The notes: generated by a model from the sequence alone, not told the origin. A stretch of 64,000 bases of DNA from Oopsacas minuta (GCA_024704765.1 JAKMXF010000308.1:286026-350025); one strand, 5' to 3'. Shown: positions 1 to 12,769, counted from the first letter of the stretch. A program made the numbers and translations.

Positions 1-598
1 TGTTAAGTGATACCCCAAAGAAAATACAGATGGTGGAATTCTATCATTGAAATAGGTAAATTGTAGGTGTGCCCAGCGAGTGACTGAGGTCATAAAATAT
101 CATCTTCAGAATGTTCGATCAAAGTCGATAAAAAACCAATCCCTCAATTCAAGAAGGACAAAAAACTGATTTTGAAGAATTTATCTCACAAATAACGCGA
201 CTTACTTGTAATATAAACTAGATACAATGTTTTTGTATCCGCTTAAACACATTATGATAAATGGATCTAACATAAGTGTCAAAACATTATCTAACATGTG
301 AGATCAAGTTAGTCAAATGCATCTTGGTCACGATTTTGATTCAAGCGAATTCTTTTTGCGAATGAATTGGTGAAATACCCTGTAAATACTTTATTCACTC
401 CAAAAAAGGACATGGCATCTTGAAACCCTTGCAGGAATATGTTTAGCCAATTTTGAGATATTATATATAAGAACAGGCGCCGGGGGTATTCTCATGAAAA
501 TATTCAGGAAATACGATATTGTAACTTTCGGATATAACAGTATTTGAAATGTGATACAGCGGAACCTAGTTAATACGAACACAGCTAATGAGAATTCC

Positions 599-1364
599 CA
601 GAGCATTAAAGGAGCGGCACTCCTATTTAATTGCAAACAATTTACAAATTTCATCGTTGTTCTGCATAAAATTCAGTATTCTTGCTAGAAAAAGTGGATG
701 CTGAGAATTTTTGTATTATCCACAATTTATTGAAATGGTTGACTGGCACATTTAGCAATTTCTTAATGTTAATTGGTTAAATTCAATCCTAAAAGAATAG
801 GAGGCGATTGGAGCATGCTTGTCAAAAGGTCAGGTCATTTTTACGTCATTTTAGGTCATTCAGAATATTCTCAGCTCATTTTCAGGCTTCAGGGAATTTA
901 CGATATTCTTTCTAATCTTACCTTGTTAATCCCTTGACTTAATTAACCCCGTAAATTAAATTGAATCACTTCAATAATACGGTCAACTAGTAGTACGAGT
1001 ATGATATATCTTCAATGTAATAGGCTCCGGTCAAAATAAATACTGAGTAAAACTGGAAGTATATCCATCCATCCCTTAGTGTATGGTTTCCCCATTCCTA
1101 AGTTTGCACTCAATTGATTGTTAAATAACCTGAAAATGACCTGTATGAAATATTTTTCAAGATGACATGACTGGACTTGACCTGACCTGAATATGTAGGA
1201 CCATTTGACAAGCCTGGATAGGAGCGAGCTCTATTTTTCCTGCAGCAGGTGCCGTTGTGCGCTCCTTTTCTCAGTAGGGAGCGGAGGTGGGAGCGCCGCT
1301 CCTTTTCAGGCCGGCAGCGCGGAGCGAGAGCACACTCGAAAAATGAGGAGCGCTTAAAGCTCTG
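599..1364. mobile_element. Degenerate hAT-like non-autonomous element (outer), interrupted by a MITE
   Basis: Ends CAGAGCATTAA (599) and TTAAAGCTCTG (1364) form a short imperfect TIR. GGAGCG/CGCTCC motifs recur near both ends. Flanks AGAATTCC/GAATTTCC match only partly. Confidence 0.45.
814..1216. mobile_element. hAT-type MITE (family A)
   Basis: 18-bp imperfect TIR CATGCTTGTCAAAAGGTC / GACCATTTGACAAGCCTG. 8-bp TSD GATTGGAG/GATAGGAG (1 mismatch). A related copy lies at about 46580-47420. Confidence 0.85.
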
Positions 1365-1882
1365 GAATTTCCGGATAAGACAAACAAATATTTACACATA
1401 ATCGGGTCTCTATAGTGGTTATTCAATTGGTATTACTCCTATTAATACGAACTAGGGATTAGGCGAACAAAATTTGACAGTTCTACTGTATATGGATAGA
1501 GTGAAAATTTGACCGACAATTGTGTGCCCTCGATATAATCTCTAAATCCATTATCTACTGTTTCCAAGGAAATCCCATATATTAAATCTAGACTAGTATG
1601 GCCAAAATTATAGTATAATCGCGGAAATTGGAGTGTCAAACTTACACTCTAATTTGCCTTAAAACAAAACACGGTCTATATTTATTAACCGTTACAAAAT
1701 TCCCAGCTTGGGATCATAGGAAGTTTGCATACAAAAAGGTTACCTTTTGTAAATCCCTAAAGATTAGGATCATATTAAAGAATGTATAAAATCAATTATC
1801 AGTATCACAGTAATTATTTACAAATGATAGTACTCAAACTGGATCAAACTAATAGCAATTAAATAAATTTAACTCTCCAATG

Positions 1883-2584
1883 TTACGGGTACTCCTGAAG
1901 AAAATTCCGCACATTAATAGGGAATTTCTGATTGCCGAATTTAAGATCAGGACCACAAAGTGGAAATTCGTATTTTTCTTGGCAATTCATACTAGGAATT
2001 GAGTAATTAGAATTTGTATCAGAAACAATGAAATCATCATATATCATAGGTTTGTCTATTAGACCTGAGAGTAACAACATTTCGAGATCCACTCCAGCTG
2101 CATAGATTGTAATATTCATACTTTTATCATGCCAATGATCGCACTTGTTATTTGGATGATATGGGCAATTAATATTATGTTCAACATTCTGTATATATTC
2201 TTTGTCGTAGAAGAAATAAAGCAAATATTGGGAAGTGATATAGCTCGGAATATATAAACAATTGCTAAAAACCTTAGCTATAGTGGTTTTAATACATACT
2301 CCATTCTCAACGTAGTATCCGAATCCTGTGATAGAATTTAAATATACTTCATAGACCGGTATAGTATCTTTTGGATTCAGATAGTCCTTCTCACTAATTA
2401 CATATGAATCCAGAGAATAATCAGACTTGAACACTATGGAATTATATATATGAGCATATAACTTGTCAAAAGGTGTTTGAAAATTCGGTGAAGGTCTAAC
2501 TTGAGCTGTGTAGTTGAGAGAGATTGTGTATGATTGGATTTTCAGAATAAGTGAGCAAATACACAATAGTCGTAAAAACATCAT
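1883..2584 (-). CDS. Secreted cysteine-containing protein, 233 aa; weak resemblance to ependymin-related (EPDR) proteins
   Basis: Uninterrupted 233-codon ORF in AT-rich DNA. Hydrophobic N-terminus (MMFLRLLCICSLILKIQS), several N-x-S/T sites, spaced Cys (GVC, NC, CPYHPNNKCDHW, NCQ, LCG). The family assignment is by eye only. Confidence 0.65.
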   Translation of the reverse strand: MMFLRLLCICSLILKIQSYTISLNYTAQVRPSPNFQTPFDKLYAHIYNSIVFKSDYSLDSYVISEKDYLNPKDTIPVYEVYLNSITGFGYYVENGVCIKTTIAKVFSNCLYIPSYITSQYLLYFFYDKEYIQNVEHNINCPYHPNNKCDHWHDKSMNITIYAAGVDLEMLLLSGLIDKPMIYDDFIVSDTNSNYSIPSMNCQEKYEFPLCGPDLKFGNQKFPINVRNFLQEYP

Positions 2585-2759
2585 TAATAATTTGATCTAG
2601 TGTTTCGAAAAAAAGGTAAACACATGACAAGAACTGAAGTAAGGATCTAAGAAAAAGCTAATAAGTGCATCTAAATTACATTTAATGACTTTCTGTGGTG
2701 ACACCGGAGCTGCTATGTATCTTTAGGTTATTAATCTCGGCAATGTATGCCTTGAGCAT

Positions 2760-2970
2760 TCAGAATTTGGAAATTTGGAGAATTCTCAAATTGTGTAGCC
2801 ATGGTGATGTAATACTTTCATCATGAGTATGCATTGGGAAAGATTGTGACCTCATCACATTGAGGGGTACCTGTGATTCAAATTTCAACAATCTTTCATG
2901 CATGATACATTAGCTGAGCAGTGACTAATAATGTGATTTTTCAAAAATCCAAAAGTTGACAATTACGTCA
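2760..2970. repeat. Dispersed repeat family (other copies at about 23640-23850 inverted and 40290-40435)
   Basis: Shared blocks GTACCTGTGATTCAAATTTCAA and GATTTTTCAAAAATCCAAAAG(T/G)TGA occur at three loci. Superfamily not assignable. Confidence 0.7.
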
Positions 2971-4990
2971 TAGTTAAGAATTTCTGTTTAAGACTCGAAC
3001 TTGTTCCCGCCATACAGAATATTTTGTTTTCACAATATAGAAATAGATTATTCAAAAAATAGATTCAAGTTGGAATAGCTATTGGTTGACTGGCAATCAT
3101 CTATACATTAAAACGCGAGTAATCTGTCATATCAGGGATTGGTTAATCGACTTTGGGAGTATTATGTTGGCATGTATATCTCGGAAACAATGCACTATTG
3201 GCCGAATGAATGTACCACATACTAGCAGAAATGCATGTTATCATTCCATAAAAGCAAATTTTGTCAAAATATACCAGATTATATATTTTGTAATCAATAA
3301 TTCAGCGAATTATTAAATATATGCTCCATCTTAAAAACAATGTAGTACGTTAAATATTGATATTTGATTAAAATGTTGAAATACGAAATGTTCTAAAATC
3401 GTTCCTTTATGAGAAGTTGGATGTATATTTCACCTATAGGAACGTAGTGTGAGTATACTCAGTCGCGTAAAGACCAAGAGCACAAAGAAATTTAGCTGTT
3501 CATTACTTAAGCTAACCCGAGGCACTAAGTTGTTTCACCATGACCTAGTTCGTTATCTGGTCACGAATTGTATGCGTCTTATCCGATTATGTAATAACCG
3601 AATCATTTATAATGGATTTTAGGAGATAATTTCGGGTACTCGAGACAAGTACGTCTTATCCGAGAGTACGTCTTTAGCCGAGTTCTACTGTAAATACATG
3701 CTACGTTTACGAATTGGATTCCTAGATTATCCCGGAAAAGGTCACATTCGCATGAGAAGTATGACAATTAAGAGAGAAACTTACTTCCCGGATTATGTCA
3801 TAAAACACTCTTCACATACGAGAAGTGGATGTAGCTGATGTAACTTTCAGGATGCTAAATATTTATACTGATGATATTATGGGCGATAGAGGATAGTTCT
3901 GTCGTGTATTTTGACTTAGAAACCGATGTAAAACCAAGTCTATTTCGTATTAGTGTCTTGTCTACCTCTGTCCACCCCATTAACTACCAAAATTCAGTAG
4001 AAAATTAATACAATTATTTACTCACCCACTTACTACCTGGTAGAAAGTGGACCAAAAATTCAAATGTTTTAGATAGGGATCAAAGAATGACGAGGGTATA
4101 AAGGTTAAAGAACCATTGCGCTGAGGCAATGGTTGTCACTAAAAAATTGGACCAGGACAGCAGGGATTGGGAAAATACTACAATATTCACATACGAAATC
4201 AAATGGTGCATCTTGGCACGAATAAATATATATTATTGATTTTGTACGCACAATATACACACAAAATATATACGTAACTACAAAGTATTTCCAGGCCGAA
4301 ATGACATAATCTACCTGCTTACATACCGAATATGTCAAATGGATGTTCTAAAGTTGAAACCCTGTAATTAGTTAATTAATTAATTTACGGCTACAAAATT
4401 TGTACCATGGGATCTAAGGATGTTGCTATACAAAATATTAAATTTTGTCATGATAATGTTCGCGCGTTTCAGAGTTATAGTGTTGACCATGGATGGCATA
4501 TTTTTGCCAATATTCACCCATAACTTGACAACCTTCAATATTAAGGTCAATATGCTATCTCTGGGAATCATGATGTAATCTAGAAAATGACTATATATGG
4601 TATTATTGATGTTTGCTCAATATTCTTTGGAGATATCATATCAAAATGCATTACGTATTAGGGTATAAATAACTTATATATAGCTCAGCTAAACTATAGT
4701 ACAGTTTTTGTGTATTAGCTTTTCTATCTTAGAGGAAGGGTCAGCTATATATAAGAAATCTCATTAGGGTATGAGATTATACCTCAATGTTAGTTACGCA
4801 GGAGCATTGTCTTAGTGCAAGGGTGCTCAAACGGTTGCCCGCGGAAAATTCGCTTGTATTTTCATTATTCATGAAGAATACATATCCTAGATGTTGTTGA
4901 TGACCTTCAAGGAGGTCATCAAATTTAGACTAAATATATTCATCAAAATTGTATACGATTCACCTTGTAAAAGTGCACAGAAATAAATAA

Positions 4991-5619
4991 CATTGTACAA
5001 CAAATTTTCATTTTGGAAAAAAACGAGAACCTGATTAGGCCTCTATAGTCAATTAGGATCTCCTGATTCCGAATATGAATACTGTTTTGCTCAATCATGC
5101 ACCAATTCAATAGAATTCAACTCACAAATTGAGAAAATGGCATATATTACCAAAAAATTTCCACTTAAATATCAACTAGTCATGTAAAGCTCGTGAGGAT
5201 TTTTAAATTCGCGGTTTTGTTGAATTCATTTAGTACAAGAAATAGCTTCGTATTTGCTAAACCTTTTATTTATATGGTTTCTACGATATTTTGTGATTTT
5301 TTTCTCATTTTTTGTACTTATGATTTAGATTTCGTTAGTAAATGACCAATTTTTTGCCTATACTAGCTCGTTCTGGTATATATTTGCTCTAAATACGATG
5401 TAGTTTAATAATCATCTCAGGTTTTACATGACTAGATGATATTTCGATATATAATTTTTGTAGATTGTTGTAATTTCCCATTTTGAATGTTAAATTCTAT
5501 AAAATTGTTGCGTGATTGAGCAAAACTGTATTCATATTGGGAATCAGGAGATCCTAATTGACTTTAGAGGCCTAATCAGGTTCTTGTTTTTTGCCAAAAT
5601 GAAAATTTGTTATACAGTG
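4991..5619. mobile_element. Non-autonomous foldback element with about 120-bp TIRs, Transib-like termini
   Basis: 4991-5110 and 5503-5619 are inverted copies (..GAACCTGATTAGGCCTCTA..GATCTCCTGATTCC..). Ends are CATTGTA / TACAGTG. No matching 5-bp TSD (AATAA vs TAATC). Confidence 0.7.
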
Positions 5620-6417
5620 TAATCTATTCTTACCCAAGATATTTGCACGATTTTAGCTTGTTTCGGAAACTAAGAAGTACTAAGTATCAAATACATTTGC
5701 ATGGGGAAATTATTAAGATTCATTATAATAAAATGATCAACAGACACAAGATGATAATCACATTTTGTTACTGACATTTTGCATCATTTGGACGCTTTTG
5801 GGTATATAGAATAGTCATAGAATTGATGAGCTATTTCTAAGTGTATCAAAAACAATTTAGCCTATATTTTTGATGACTTTGAATATAACCTCAATCTATG
5901 ATGTATATGTATATATATATATGTATATACAATAGAACCTCGTTAATAGGAACACGGTTAATACGAATTTCCTGATAAGACAACACACATATTAACACAA
6001 AACCTGGTCCATTACATTTTAATGTTGTTATATTTTACCGAAACGGTGTATGATCGTAGGAAATAGACTGTAGGCGTGAAGGACCTATTCCTATTGTATA
6101 TTTTGCATGGTATTCAAGTATTGAGAAAGTATTTTGAACAAATATACCTACTGCATTTGGTCTGAAATCCAAATAGTAACGCGATCAGACTTATTGATCC
6201 AATAATACTTTGATATGATCAAACTAGTTTCATTGTCTTAGGAGTGCTTCAATCGTCAGATAATAATTGTTTTTCTAAACACCTTATACATACTCAAGAC
6301 AGAGAGACGAACACTCGCTCAGTTCACGAGTATAACATGAGAGGCAGAAGCTAAATTGAAAGTTTTCAAAGTAAAAGCAAAATACAAGGAAACACAAACA
6401 AACTAAAAATATAGTAA

Positions 6418-6571
6418 AGGGCCAATCAAACGTTACCCTACAAGGGGAGGGGAATGGTATGCGAATTGTGATAACCCAATTCTTTTGTATCACAAAACGG
6501 CAAAAGAGCGTGACAAAAGGAGGGGTGTCAAAATTTAGGGAAATTTGCTTTAAGTAACGTTTACCGGCCCC
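6418..6571. mobile_element. PIF/Harbinger-type MITE
   Basis: TIR (A/G)GGGCC..AAACGTTAC, TAA on both flanks. A related inverted copy lies at 44266-44424. Confidence 0.7.
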
Positions 6572-6769
6572 TAAAAGACAATAATAGTAGAATAACATTG
6601 TAGAAATATCGAATCCATTATTAATGCAATATTAGGCCAAATAGTATATTTTATGAATTTGATTGAACTAAAGCCAGAGGCGATCTAAGGTTTGTGGCCT
6701 GTAAGGTGCAGTAAAATATTTAAAGTAGCCCATAGCTTTAAAAGTTTTACTGCCCCTGGTATAGAGGGA

Positions 6770-7226
6770 CGGGTGGTGAGATTTTTTTTCTTGATAAATC
6801 GTTTTTCAAGTTCCCGTCGCTTATCCAGGGAAATACGGTAGACTGAATCCGATTTTCACACTTTTGAATTAATCATATGTAATTTAGTTGTTGTTTTCAT
6901 GAATATAAAGTCAACGAATAATAAAAAGGTCAACATATAGGCAGATATTTTTCTTAACGGCTTCAATGGGTAGCATAGTACCTGAATCCTAACTTGGTGT
7001 TTTCAAGTTTCTCATATATAAATATGTCGTTGTTTGTGTGTAAAGTAAGGAAATTCTAATTAGCCCCAATACTTGGTTTCAAAGGTTAAATTATTTAATT
7101 TAGCACTTTCAAGTTTCTCAAATGTAAATTGTTGTTATGAAAATTAACGGAGTCACGAATTGCCGAGCTCCACACAAACATGAAGTGTTCGCAAGCCTCG
7201 CAGCGCGAGCAAGCGAAGCGCGCTTG
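6770..7226 (+). mobile_element. Non-autonomous Helitron-like fragment
   Basis: GC-rich 3' end GCGCGAGCAAGCGAAGCGCGCTTG followed by T. The internal sequence is related to the 51605-52071 copy. Confidence 0.5.
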
Positions 7227-7729
7227 TTATACTAAATAATGATTACTTATTGAATGCACGTAGAATAAGATAAAATTGTGTACATTCGTACAGTCCCAGA
7301 GTAGATGCCCATGAATGACACGGCATTAACAATATTCACCTACTATAACTTCACAATCTTTAAGAACTTGGTGATAAATTCCTTGTTTTAAATATCTAAG
7401 ACAAGTATTACTTACTCCATATATGAGAAATCATTGAAATTCGAACACATGTGCCCTACAATATAACCCATGCCATTATTATAGAGTTTGAATTCAAGTG
7501 AAAATCTTGAAAGTTGCGTAGCCAGCTTTACTCATATGTCGACGAAAGTTCTTATGCACTTTTCAGTGATGGGAAGGGTAATGGACTCATGGAGCCATGG
7601 TCAATTTCCTGGATTAGTGAAAAGTCACTCTTTTATTCGGGGGATAAGTTTTTAATAGTTTCAAATCCGGGGCCATATCTCAATTTGCCACTTATAAAGG
7701 TTTGGCTGTATAATCTAATTATGTATATA

Positions 7730-7903
7730 CAGTAGAACGGATAAGACGTACCCCTCGGGAAACGAAAATTAGTACGTACTATTCGTAGTAAGTCTTATGA
7801 CCCTTATCCGAATATTTTCCTATACAAATAGTACAATAATAGAACATCCGTTAAGGAGAAAAGTAGGTACTTACCCAGAGTACGTACTAACCGAGTTCTC
7901 CTG
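7730..7903. mobile_element. Tc1/pogo-type MITE
   Basis: TA-CAGTAGAAC...GTTCTCCTG-TA termini. A similar 3' end lies near 3690. Confidence 0.6.
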
Positions 7904-8070
7904 TATCTATAGAACTTGGCCATGGTGTGTTTACTGACTGTGTCGGACAGTTGATTTGTACAAAAAGAAAATGTAACAGGAATTCTTAAGAAAATATACA
8001 CATTAGAAATAGTGATAACAGGGACAAATAGCTACATCTTCAGCTTTGATTATATATACAGATTTATATT

Positions 8071-8922
8071 CTAGAACATCTCTCTTAGCCTTTCCTTTAA
8101 AAGGTAAGGTAACGGTAGCTGGTCAATACCTTCCGGCCTTGTTAACCTCTTATATACCATCATTAAACATTGTTCTTTGAGTGATGATTGATGACGGAGA
8201 TATGTTAACTTTATTGATTTCGCAGAACCATATACATCTATTACTGCCTGATATTTAAACCCCTTAGGCAAGTTTGATACGGCGACACCTTGATAGATGC
8301 CATTTTTGTAAAATATCATTCGATTTTTGTTATCAATACTTAGTGCTACAATATCTCCAACTTTTAGCGACTCAAAGTTCAGGACATAGTCCTCTTCACG
8401 ATTGCGATTATGAAGTTTTCCCGAAGATAGTATCCAATAGTCTTCTCGTGCGTAGAATGTCATCCCATTTGGAGGTATGGTCTTGAGTGTACGGGGTGCT
8501 TGTGTAGTTATACCAAACCGCATATGTCCAGCCCAGCCCTGAGCTTCTGAAAGAAATTCCAATTGCACAATGTCGTTAACCTCAATTGGCTGCGACATGA
8601 ATACAACACAATTTGAGTAAGAATTGTGCCGGCTTACTGTACAATAATCTGTAGAGAATGAAGCGTTGTAACCATGATAGTTTTTGTCAATTGTAACAGC
8701 GGGATCTTGTTTATAAGTAAATCCAAGCATTTTGAGATTAGAGTAATAATCATGACGTAAGTAGAGCTTGGAACAACTACCAACTTGTTCTTCCTGAACC
8801 GAAGAGGAGGCTAAATATATTTGGCTGCAGGTGTCAGGAGCAGTTGTTTTCGAAATTTCTGTAGAGTCGACTTCCATATTGCTTTCAAATGGAAAAGATT
8901 GTTCTTGTTGTGTAGGATCCAT
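8071..8922 (-). CDS. Neuralized (NHR) domain + C-terminal SOCS box protein, NEURL2-like E3 ligase adaptor
   Basis: NHR motifs HGYNASFSTD..VSR..SYSNCVVFMSQP, GWAGHMRFGITT and AVIDVYG. SOCS box SLKEQCLMMVYKRL...IDQLPLPYLLKERL. Single 283-codon ORF. Confidence 0.9.
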   Translation of the reverse strand: MDPTQQEQSFPFESNMEVDSTEISKTTAPDTCSQIYLASSSVQEEQVGSCSKLYLRHDYYSNLKMLGFTYKQDPAVTIDKNYHGYNASFSTDYCTVSRHNSYSNCVVFMSQPIEVNDIVQLEFLSEAQGWAGHMRFGITTQAPRTLKTIPPNGMTFYAREDYWILSSGKLHNRNREEDYVLNFESLKVGDIVALSIDNKNRMIFYKNGIYQGVAVSNLPKGFKYQAVIDVYGSAKSIKLTYLRHQSSLKEQCLMMVYKRLTRPEGIDQLPLPYLLKERLREMF

Positions 8923-9774
8923 TGAGATCGAATAAATGTTTATCTAACTAGATAATTGTAGCTTGTATAAAATGGTAATAAATATAAATCTGTAACTAAT
9001 TTATAGTCGAGAGATATAAAACAATGTGGTGAATAGCAAAGTAGTTGAATGGTAACCATATTGTTTTATGGAAATAACATTCCAATGTTTTCAAGTCGAA
9101 GCTACCAAAATTCATAATATGAAAAGGTCAGTTAATTAGTAGAAATAATATATCGAATTATCCATAATCATAAACCAGAGAAACCACAAGATTATGATGA
9201 AATAAATAATCTAATACTATATCGTCGACTGTGTCAATAGAAAATAGATTGTATTACAAGAATGTTCATTATGATGAAAGATCTCTACTATTCTTAAAAC
9301 ATGATTAATCTGTAAAATAAATTATTACCGCGGATAATAGCCGGGGCGATTATTAATTTCAAAGCCCTTTGAGAGGCAAGTTGGGATTTTTGTAAACACT
9401 TAAATTTCTATATAATAATACCTATGTGCAGTGTGGTCTTTATCAATGGGCAAACTGGGCACTGCCCAAGGCCTACTTTTTCTGATGAAAGGCATTGGTG
9501 CTCTTCGTACACGCTAAGGGATAGATGGAATTGGTCCAAAAACTACTGGATGTTGTTCTGAAATTATTCAAATTTGTCAGAAAATGGAATCGCTGGAATT
9601 GGACCTAAAAAGGTCCGATATGTGTCCCAAACTCAAAACTGGACTTTATCCAAAAACTCTAATGCTAGAATTTGTCCAAAAATGTTCTATAATGTTTCGC
9701 GTTCAAATAAACCCACAAACAACCAATGGGTGCCGAAGAAATTGGAAAACAGTCCTTGAAAAACTCGACACTAA

Positions 9775-9860
9775 CAGGGTTCTCATCTCTCACGATTTCC
9801 GGCCTTCAAATACCCCAGAAGAATCTCACGATTTTGAAGGTTTCCAGGTTGAGAGCCCTG
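9775..9860. mobile_element. Short hAT-type MITE (family B)
   Basis: CAGGGTTCTCA...TGAGAGCCCTG TIR. Related copies at about 11651-11770 (inverted) and 46225-46346. Only CACTAA is shared by the two flanks. Confidence 0.6.
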
Positions 9861-9896
9861 CACTAATCCAAGGAAAAATTCTTCACAACCATCCTA

Positions 9897-11215
9897 ATAG
9901 ATAGATAGATAGATAGACTTTAATTAGAGAGGATAACCTATTCACAAATGTGATCTTCCATCGGGCCTCTGTACATTAAATCCAGATACATACAAATAAA
10001 AATTACAGACAAGATAAAAACAAATACGCAAACAACAGGAACAAAAACACAAGGATAAAACAATAGTATATACTATATAATAGGTTCATAGTTCCAAGTG
10101 ATATAAAGTGATTTTCTTGCATCAAAGTACTAATATATACAGAAAAATGTAGTCAGGAAATGTGTGCATTAGATATAAACTGTTGAAAAATTGTAGGGAA
10201 TTTGATTGCTTAATATGAGAATTCAAATCGTTGTATAATTTGGCAGAAGAATAAGCGAAACTGTTTTTATATAAAGAAATGTTAGCTCTCGGAAGCTATA
10301 ATGAATAGGTGCTAATCAGGGTATTATAAAGACATTTCAGAACGCGGTCCTATTCTTGATGAATAATAAAATATTCCAGTGATACATCTAGCAGACCTCC
10401 TTTATAACGTATTCAGACGGTTTAAGTAACAAGTAGCTGCCCCTCCCCATACTGTTCTGCAATAATCTAGGTGAGATTCAATGAAAGAATAGTAGTAAGT
10501 CAATAAGATGTTAATTATAGGAACTTTTTAATCTTATAAGGTACTTTTAACCGAAGGCTTATCTTTGTAACTAATTTAGCTTTATGTCTAGAGAAAGATA
10601 GTTTATCGTCAATTTCAACACCTAGAATTTGTGATGTGATACATGTCTTGATAACTTTCATTAACTCGGATCGTGAGTTGTTTCATATTTTGATGTGCTA
10701 ACCTTTGTCTAGTACAGGGGTGGGCAAACTACGGCCCGATTGTGATTTTGAATATATTTGCAGTACTCGAATTATTTGATCACTGTATTACTCTTCCTGA
10801 CTCATTCGGAAATTCCGTCCCATGGAAAATTTGATTAATATTAGTTAATTATTATGTAGGATTATTGTTTATTTTACTATTAGCTAGTAGAGTTTCTCTA
10901 ATTAGAACATGGAACGTAGTCGTAGGTCAATACGGCCCACAGAAAATTTATAATTAGAGTGCGGCCCGCGCAGAAAAAGTTTACCCACCCCTGGCCTAGT
11001 ACACAAACATAGAACAAGACTTCATATTATTAATTACCATGTTAATTAATCATTATACTCCAGTCCTCTATTTTCTTGATATCTTCTTGTAGTTTGATGT
11101 TAATATATCCAACTTCATACCAATGAGAGTAGATATTACTGTCATCTGCATATAAGCTTAGCTTTGAGTTATTTACAAAGAGAAATATATCATTAACAAA
11201 AAATTTTTTACAAAG
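9897..11215 (-). mobile_element. 5'-truncated CR1/L2-clade LINE (RT C-terminal part and 3' microsatellite tail)
   Basis: RT motif FVNDIFLFVNNSKLSLYADDSNIY at about 11050-11200. Degenerate C-terminus (NSFAYSSAKLYNDL..IK..NSL) near 10200-10290. (CTAT)5 tail at 9897-9916. Confidence 0.8.
10715..10993. mobile_element. hAT (Charlie-like) MITE inserted in the LINE
   Basis: TIR CAGGGGTGGG(C/T)AAACT. TSD GTCTAGTA/GCCTAGTA (7/8). Confidence 0.9.
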
Positions 11216-12769
11216 TCCAGTGACTCGGTTTCCCATGCTAAGCCTCATGTAAGATTGGTAAGAAATACTATATAGCATCGATTTTGAAGATTTGATAGAT
11301 GATTTCGCAGGCCTGAGGATAAGGTAACATAATATAAGCACATAGGCAGAGCCGTTTTTAGGCGTTAGTAGACCCCTTTCACCCCGAAAAGGCTAAAATT
11401 GGAAATTTACTTTAATTGTCAAGGTTTTAATGTTACAACAAATTCAGATTGTAATTGAGATGCCGGATTAAGGGAAGTGAGGGTCCTAAGCCCAATTTTT
11501 GATTGGGCCCCAATCACAGTTTGAATATACTAACTTCATATCGTGACAAATTCATAAAAACAATTGATAGCTACTAATTTCGAATTTGAGACTCTATTTA
11601 TTGCTAGCCATTATTGACCTAGTTCACGCAGCTCAATAAGAGCCCCAGATGCAGGGCTCTCAACCTGGAAACATTCAAAATCGTGTGATTCCTCAAAAAT
11701 ATCACGATTCTATCCTGAGATGTGCAATTTACAATTCTCACGATTTCGGCCCTTCAAATACTGCCCGCAGATGCATAAGTCCCGAAATGGTGGTTATCCT
11801 TAAGTTGAGGGCCAGTAGCTGAGCCGGGAATTTGAGGTGGGGATAATCATCCATCAGTGTTCTGGGATGGTCCCCTACTGGGGCCTAGTGGCGCAGCCCG
11901 AATAAGACAAGCTATAAATTGTAAGTATGAAACTAGTTGTATATTCCTGAGGTTTAGGTGAATTAACATGATATTAAGGGTAAAATGTGAGCGAAGCGAG
12001 CCCAAAATTTTTTTATAATTTGAGTTCAATAACGTAATAATTGAATAACACGAACATTCGAAATAGTGTATAAATATCCTGAGGGGGGCATACATCAACC
12101 TATCCCCCTACGGGACCCGCCACTGGTGGATCCCTAAGGGTGGGGGGCCTAAGCAATGGCTTATTAGGCTTAGTTGCTAACTCGGCTCTGCTTATCCTAA
12201 CAAACACTAGATAAATCAAAATATTACGATCCACTGTAAGCAGTTATTAGTTTCTAATAAAATTCTAACACAATGAAAATAAAATTTTGTAAAATTACTA
12301 TGGGAATTTATGAAAAGAAGTCTCAATTATCAGGTTTTTAGGTAAAACTCGGGCAGGGGCCGATTTCATTTAATGTTACTTGGAATAACATACCAGAGAC
12401 TTGTCTTTACAATTTCTATAAACCAAATACTACAGGAAAAATGTGTGATTTTATGACGTCAAAAAGGTGCTAAAATCTCGTTTTTGGTGCGGGAATTAGA
12501 TAAAACGAAGTGGTGTTCCTTTTCATTACGAACGTAAACTCCAGCCGTAATCGCTTAAGTGGCCTATGTAACTATTTTGAGTTTTAATGGTTGAATGTCA
12601 TCCTGCTATAAATTAAACCAATAAAAATACGAGAGAGGCGCGAAAGCGTAAGTAAGCAAAGCTTAATTATATTAATTAATAAAGTACCGAACTATTGCAA
12701 CTACATGTAATAAGATATCCAATTCAGGCTACAAATTGAATTTTTATACAAATTGAATTACAAATTGAG

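Noticed and set aside
1-660. Short peptide snippets resembling USP Gln-box or Raptor-like motifs, and ORF 391-654
   Set aside because: The motifs sit in different frames and strands with many stops, and the ORF overlaps a hAT end. No coherent gene can be built.
3890-3960. VVYFDLETD, similar to a DEDD exonuclease motif I
   Set aside because: It is an isolated 9-residue match with no downstream exonuclease motifs or open frame.
9574-9904. ORFs 9574-9759 and 9584-9904
   Set aside because: The longer ORF reads through a MITE and neither has a recognisable domain.
11042-11341. 99-aa ORF as a single RT gene
   Set aside because: It is chimeric. Only about 11042-11215 is LINE RT; 11230-11330 reads on the plus strand as a hAT C-terminus (IDFEDLIDDFA).
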